Source: Pseudescherichia sp. (GTDB lineage Bacteria > Pseudomonadota > Gammaproteobacteria > Enterobacterales > Enterobacteriaceae). From it: 32,000 bases of DNA. Position numbers and translations under genes: made by a program. The notes under the pieces are model-generated. The model saw nothing but the letters and a program-made list of their open reading frames with translations, did not search any database and had not been told where the DNA came from. The number at the start of each line of letters is the position of its first letter. Positions within the stretch are counted from its first letter, which is position 1. This document shows positions 28,129 through 32,000 of this stretch, one piece after another. Location of the stretch: assembly GCA_039594205.1 (NCBI GenBank), contig JBCNNW010000018.1, positions 1 to 32,000 on the forward strand, given 5' to 3'.

Positions 28129-29268
28129 ATGAGCACGGGAAGCCCAACATTCACCTTAAGCCGGATTGCGGCATTGTCACTGGTTTCGCTCTGGCTGGCA
28201 GGATGCTCAAATTCTGGTAATCCACCCGCACCGGTAAGCTCCGTGAATGGCGACAGCGCCTCCGGCAGCAGCACCGAATCCGGGATGTTAATTACCCCTC
28301 CACCCAAGATGGGCAGCACGCCGCAGCAGGCACCGCAAATTCAGCCGGTTCAGCCGGTTATTGCTCCGCCAACGACCATTCAGCCAGCGACCCCTCAACC
28401 GGTGACGTCGCAGCCCGTTCAGACGCAAAATGGTCGAATTGTTTACAATCGCCAGTATGGGAACATTCCGAAAGGTAGCTATACTGGCGGTAGCACTTAC
28501 ACCGTGAAACGTGGTGACACACTGTTTTACATTGCCTGGGTCACAGGTAATGACTTCCGCGATTTGGCCCAGCGAAATGGCGTTGCCGCCCCGTATAGCC
28601 TGAATGTCGGTCAGGTTCTCCAGGTCGGAAATTCATCCGGCACGCCAATAACTGGAGGTAACGCAATCACTCAGGCCGATGCTTCTGCGCAAGGAATCGT
28701 GACGCAACCTGCACAAAAATCAACCGTAGTAGTTGCGCCGCAACCGACAATTACGTATTCTGAGGACTCAGGTGAACAGAGTGATAACAAAATGTTGCCG
28801 AACAACAAGCCTGCGACAGTAGTCACAGCGCCTGTAACAGCACCTTCTGTTACCACAACCGAACCGACGGCCAGCAGTACCTCAACCAGCGCGCCGATTT
28901 CATCCTGGCGCTGGCCGACTGATGGCAATGTTATCGATAACTTCTCTGCAACCGAAGGTGGCAATAAAGGGATCGATATCGCAGGGTCGAAAGGCCAGGC
29001 TATCGTCGCGACCGCAGATGGACGCGTGGTATATGCCGGTAATGCTCTGCGCGGTTACGGTAATCTTATTATCATCAAACATAACGATGATTACCTGAGT
29101 GCCTACGCCCATAACGATACGATGCTGGTTCGGGAACAACAAGACATCAAGGCGGGGCAGAAGATAGCTACTATGGGTAGCACCGGAACCAGTTCTACAC
29201 GTTTGCATTTTGAAATTCGTTACAAGGGGAAATCCGTCAACCCGCTGCGTTATTTACCGCAGCGATAA
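28129..29268 (+). CDS. nlpD: murein hydrolase activator lipoprotein NlpD (LysM + LytM)
   Basis: 379-aa ORF with the lipobox LWLAGCS, a Pro/Gln-rich linker, a LysM domain ([13 protein letters not shown]) and a degenerate LytM domain. In E. coli the main rpoS promoter lies inside this gene (established knowledge). Confidence 0.97.
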   Translation: MSTGSPTFTLSRIAALSLVSLWLAGCSNSGNPPAPVSSVNGDSASGSSTESGMLITPPPKMGSTPQQAPQIQPVQPVIAPPTTIQPATPQPVTSQPVQTQNGRIVYNRQYGNIPKGSYTGGSTYTVKRGDTLFYIAWVTGNDFRDLAQRNGVAAPYSLNVGQVLQVGNSSGTPITGGNAITQADASAQGIVTQPAQKSTVVVAPQPTITYSEDSGEQSDNKMLPNNKPATVVTAPVTAPSVTTTEPTASSTSTSAPISSWRWPTDGNVIDNFSATEGGNKGIDIAGSKGQAIVATADGRVVYAGNALRGYGNLIIIKHNDDYLSAYAHNDTMLVREQQDIKAGQKIATMGSTGTSSTRLHFEIRYKGKSVNPLRYLPQR

Positions 29269-29389
29269 TTAGGCAAAGTCGTTATGCTATCCTTTGCTTT
29301 GCCGTGACAGCGTGCTTAGATGCAACTGTCTCGAATAAGAAAAGGAAGTATGGAGATTTTGTTCAGGGATCACGGGTAGGAGCCACCTT

Positions 29390-30382
29390 ATGAGTCAGAA
29401 TACGCTGAAAGTTCATGATCTAAATGAAGACGCGGAATTTGATGAGAACGGAGTTGAGGCTTTCGATGAGAAAGTCCTGAATGAAGAGGAACCCAGTGAT
29501 AACGAGTTAGCTGAAGAGGAGCTGTTATCTCAGGGAGCAACACAGCGTGTGCTGGACGCGACTCAGCTGTACTTAGGAGAGATCGGTTATTCTCCTCTGT
29601 TAACCGCTGAAGAAGAAGTTTACTTCGCGCGTCGCGCACTGCGTGGGGATGTTGCATCACGCCGTCGCATGATTGAAAGTAACCTGCGTCTGGTCGTGAA
29701 GATTGCCCGTCGTTACAGCAATCGTGGTCTGGCTCTGCTGGATCTGATTGAAGAAGGTAACCTGGGGCTGATCCGCGCCGTTGAGAAATTTGACCCAGAA
29801 CGCGGGTTCCGTTTCTCGACTTACGCAACCTGGTGGATTCGTCAGACCATCGAACGGGCAATCATGAACCAGACCCGGACGATCCGTCTGCCAATTCATA
29901 TTGTTAAAGAGCTGAACGTCTATCTGCGTACCGCACGTGAGCTGTCCCATAAACTGGACCACGAGCCAAGTGCCGAAGAGATTGCTGAACAGCTTGATAA
30001 ACCGGTTGATGACGTAAGCCGTATGCTGCGTCTCAACGAGCGCATTACCTCGGTAGACACCCCGCTGGGTGGCGACTCCGAAAAAGCGCTGCTGGACATC
30101 CTGGCCGATGAGAAAGACAACGGCCCGGAAGACACCACGCAGGACGATGACATGAAACAGAGCATCGTCAAATGGCTGTTCGAACTGAACGCCAAACAAC
30201 GCGAGGTGCTGGCACGTCGTTTCGGTCTGCTGGGCTATGAAGCTGCAACGCTCGAGGATGTGGGCCGTGAGATTGGCCTGACTCGTGAACGCGTTCGTCA
30301 GATTCAGGTTGAAGGTCTGCGTCGTCTGCGCGAAATTCTGCAGACGCAGGGGCTGAATATCGAAGCGCTGTTCCGCGAATAA
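29390..30382 (+). CDS. rpoS: RNA polymerase sigma factor RpoS (sigma-38)
   Basis: 330-aa ORF with sigma70 regions 2-4 ([22 protein letters not shown]). The conserved leader sequence agggatcacgggtaggagccacctt lies just before the ATG. Confidence 0.98.
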   Translation: MSQNTLKVHDLNEDAEFDENGVEAFDEKVLNEEEPSDNELAEEELLSQGATQRVLDATQLYLGEIGYSPLLTAEEEVYFARRALRGDVASRRRMIESNLRLVVKIARRYSNRGLALLDLIEEGNLGLIRAVEKFDPERGFRFSTYATWWIRQTIERAIMNQTRTIRLPIHIVKELNVYLRTARELSHKLDHEPSAEEIAEQLDKPVDDVSRMLRLNERITSVDTPLGGDSEKALLDILADEKDNGPEDTTQDDDMKQSIVKWLFELNAKQREVLARRFGLLGYEAATLEDVGREIGLTRERVRQIQVEGLRRLREILQTQGLNIEALFRE

Positions 30383-30395
30383 GCGACACCATTTC

Positions 30396-30431
30396 AAAAA
30401 AGGCCAGTCATTTGACTGGCCTTTTTCTTTT
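30396..30431. terminator. rho-independent (bidirectional-looking) terminator after rpoS
   Basis: ggccagtc (30402-30409) pairs with gactggcc (30414-30421), flanked by an A run 5' and tttttctttt 3'. Confidence 0.85.
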
Positions 30432-30469
30432 GTGCTTTCGGATGGCAATGATTTTTACTGAAACCGTAT

Positions 30470-30497
30470 GCCGGGCAAAGCGACGCCGCCGCCCGGC
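30470..30497. repeat. REP element downstream of the osmC-like gene
   Basis: gccgggcaaagcgacgccgccgcccggc has inverted arms gccgggc/gcccggc. Confidence 0.55.
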
Positions 30498-30506
30498 TTA
30501 ACTCAA

Positions 30507-30935
30507 TTAATTGAGGGTATAGTCCAGAGAGATCTCAGCCTTAATCAGCTGGGAAACCGGGCAGCCAGCTTTGGCTTTGTTGATGATCTTATCGAAAGTC
30601 TCTTTTTCGATCCCAGGCACTTTCACCGTGCTGTTCAGCGCGATTTTCGTAATCGCAAAGCCGCCGTCAACTTTATCCAGCGACACATCTGCCGTAGTAT
30701 CGATGCTCTCCGGGGTATAACCCTCTTCACCCAGCATCAATGACAGCGCCATAGAGAAGCAGCCCGCATGCGCCGCGCCGATCAGCTCTTCCGGGTTAGT
30801 CCCGGCTGCGCCTTCGAAGCGGGTATTAAAACCGTAAGGCTGCTGCTTTAACGCGCCGCTCTCGGTAGAGATGGTGCCTTTACCGCCTTTGATATCGCCT
30901 TCCCAGTGGGCCTGACCTTTCTTATGGATCGTCAT
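30507..30935 (-). CDS. osmC: OsmC-family peroxiredoxin (organic hydroperoxide reductase)
   Basis: 142-aa ORF. MTIHKKGQAHWEGDIK.GKGT.STESG...QPYGFNTRFEG...GTNPEELIGAAHA.CFSMALS is almost colinear with E. coli OsmC as recalled, and both catalytic Cys residues are present. Confidence 0.9.
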   Translation of the reverse strand: MTIHKKGQAHWEGDIKGGKGTISTESGALKQQPYGFNTRFEGAAGTNPEELIGAAHAGCFSMALSLMLGEEGYTPESIDTTADVSLDKVDGGFAITKIALNSTVKVPGIEKETFDKIINKAKAGCPVSQLIKAEISLDYTLN

Positions 30936-30997
30936 CTGTTCGCTCCTTTTTTGGATGAAAACCTAAGTATAGAAGCTCAGGCCAGGCCCAGAGAAAA

Positions 30998-32000
30998 CTA
31001 CGCCATATTCTTAAGGCGATAGATCCACTCCAGCGCCTGACGCGGAGAAAGGGTATCCGGATCGAGAGCCTCTAACGCCTCAACCGCCGGATGAGCCTCC
31101 TCCGGCGCGGCGAGCAGTGACATCTGCGTTCCGTCGACCTGGGTGGCGGCCGCGTTTGGCGTAATGCTCTCCAGCTCGCGCAACTTCTGCCGCGCCCGCT
31201 TGATCACCTCTTTCGGCACCCCGGCGAGCGCCGCTACTGCCAGACCATAGCTTTTGCTGGCTGCCCCATCCTGCACGCTGTGCATAAAGGCGATGGTATC
31301 TCCATGCTCCAGCGCATCCAGATGCACGTTGGCCACGCCCTCCATCTTCTCTGGCAGCTGGGTCAGCTCGAAGTAGTGGGTGGCAAACAGAGTCAGCGCT
31401 TTGATGCGGTTCGCCAGGTTCTCTGCGCAGGCCCACGCCAGAGACAGGCCGTCGTAGGTGGAGGTCCCGCGACCAATCTCATCCATCAGTACCAGGCTGT
31501 TTTCCGTGGCGTTGTGCAGGATGTTGGCGGTTTCGGTCATCTCTACCATAAAGGTTGAACGACCGCTGGCCAGATCGTCCGCTGCGCCAACGCGGGTAAA
31601 GATACGGTCAATGGGACCGATCTCTACCTTTTGCGCCGGGACATAGCTGCCAATGTAGGCCAGCAGGGCAATCAGCGCGGTCTGGCGCATATAGGTACTC
31701 TTACCGCCCATGTTTGGCCCGGTGATGATCAGCATCCGCCGCTGCGGGGAGAGGTTCAGCGGGTTGGCGATAAACGGCTCGTTCAGCACCTGTTCCACCA
31801 CCGGGTGACGCCCTTCGCTGATGCGAATGCCTGGCTTATCGCTGAAGGTTGGACAGCAGTAGTTAAGGGTATACGCGCGTTCTGCCAGGTTAACCAGCAC
31901 GTCAAGCTCCGCCAGCGCACTGGCGCTCTGCTGAAGATCGCCCAGGTGAGGCATCAGTAGGTCAAAAAGCTCCTCATAGAGCTGTTTCTCCAGCGCCAGC
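30998..32000 (-). CDS. mutS: DNA mismatch repair protein MutS, C-terminal part (5' end beyond the window)
   Basis: The frame is open to the window edge (…[42 protein letters not shown]…). It has the Walker A motif GPNMGGKST and ends as E. coli MutS does. Confidence 0.97.
   Translation of the reverse strand, partial: LALEKQLYEELFDLLMPHLGDLQQSASALAELDVLVNLAERAYTLNYCCPTFSDKPGIRISEGRHPVVEQVLNEPFIANPLNLSPQRRMLIITGPNMGGKSTYMRQTALIALLAYIGSYVPAQKVEIGPIDRIFTRVGAADDLASGRSTFMVEMTETANILHNATENSLVLMDEIGRGTSTYDGLSLAWACAENLANRIKALTLFATHYFELTQLPEKMEGVANVHLDALEHGDTIAFMHSVQDGAASKSYGLAVAALAGVPKEVIKRARQKLRELESITPNAAATQVDGTQMSLLAAPEEAHPAVEALEALDPDTLSPRQALEWIYRLKNMA

Noticed and set aside
29350-29379. A 9-codon uORF (MEILFRDHG*) in the nlpD-rpoS spacer that ends inside the rpoS SD, and a spacer that appears longer than in E. 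coli.
   Set aside because: The putative SD is too close to its ATG, the ORF is tiny and there is no supporting evidence. The rpoS leader is known to be regulated by RNA structure and sRNAs, not by a described uORF. I note it but do not claim it.
29657-30448. 263-aa antisense ORF opposite rpoS, plus similar antisense ORFs opposite truD, surE, iap and osmC (25704-26261, 26704-27348, 19212-19601, 30468-30743).
   Set aside because: All lie opposite highly conserved genes, show biased composition and resemble no recognisable family.

Overview
This is an Enterobacteriaceae chromosomal segment (Enterobacter/Klebsiella/Citrobacter-like; the species cannot be determined from the sequence alone). It is syntenic with the E. 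coli region queD - cysJIH - [type I-E CRISPR-Cas] - iap - cysDNC - ygbE - ftsB - ispDF - truD - surE - pcm - nlpD - rpoS - mutS. The housekeeping genes look intact and ordinary. The accessory part lies between cysH and iap (about 5.1-19.2 kb) and contains, in order: (1) CRISPR array 1 with its own leader (13 repeats, E. coli K-12-type repeat); (2) an unrecognised 97-aa gene; (3) an intact RES-Xre toxin-antitoxin pair; (4) an intact mazE next to a decayed mazF; (5) a complete cas3-casABCDE-cas1-cas2 operon; (6) CRISPR array 2 with its own leader (19 repeats, a different stem-loop with a compensatory base-pair change, and one internally deleted repeat); (7) a diverged, dead second copy of the cysH 3' end plus terminator that abuts the last repeat; (8) an AT-rich DUF1311-like secreted protein gene; (9) mqsR/mqsA remnants. 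The most notable structural observation is that the roughly 13-kb CRISPR-Cas/TA block is bracketed by direct repeats of about 230-290 bp (cysH 3' end plus terminator) that differ by about 6% in the coding part. I see no clearly new multi-gene system. The unexplained pieces are the 97-aa ORF with an upstream mini-ORF, the coexistence of two repeat families, and the pattern of toxin-antitoxin decay around the cas operon. All homology statements come from my recollection of protein families and were not checked against databases.
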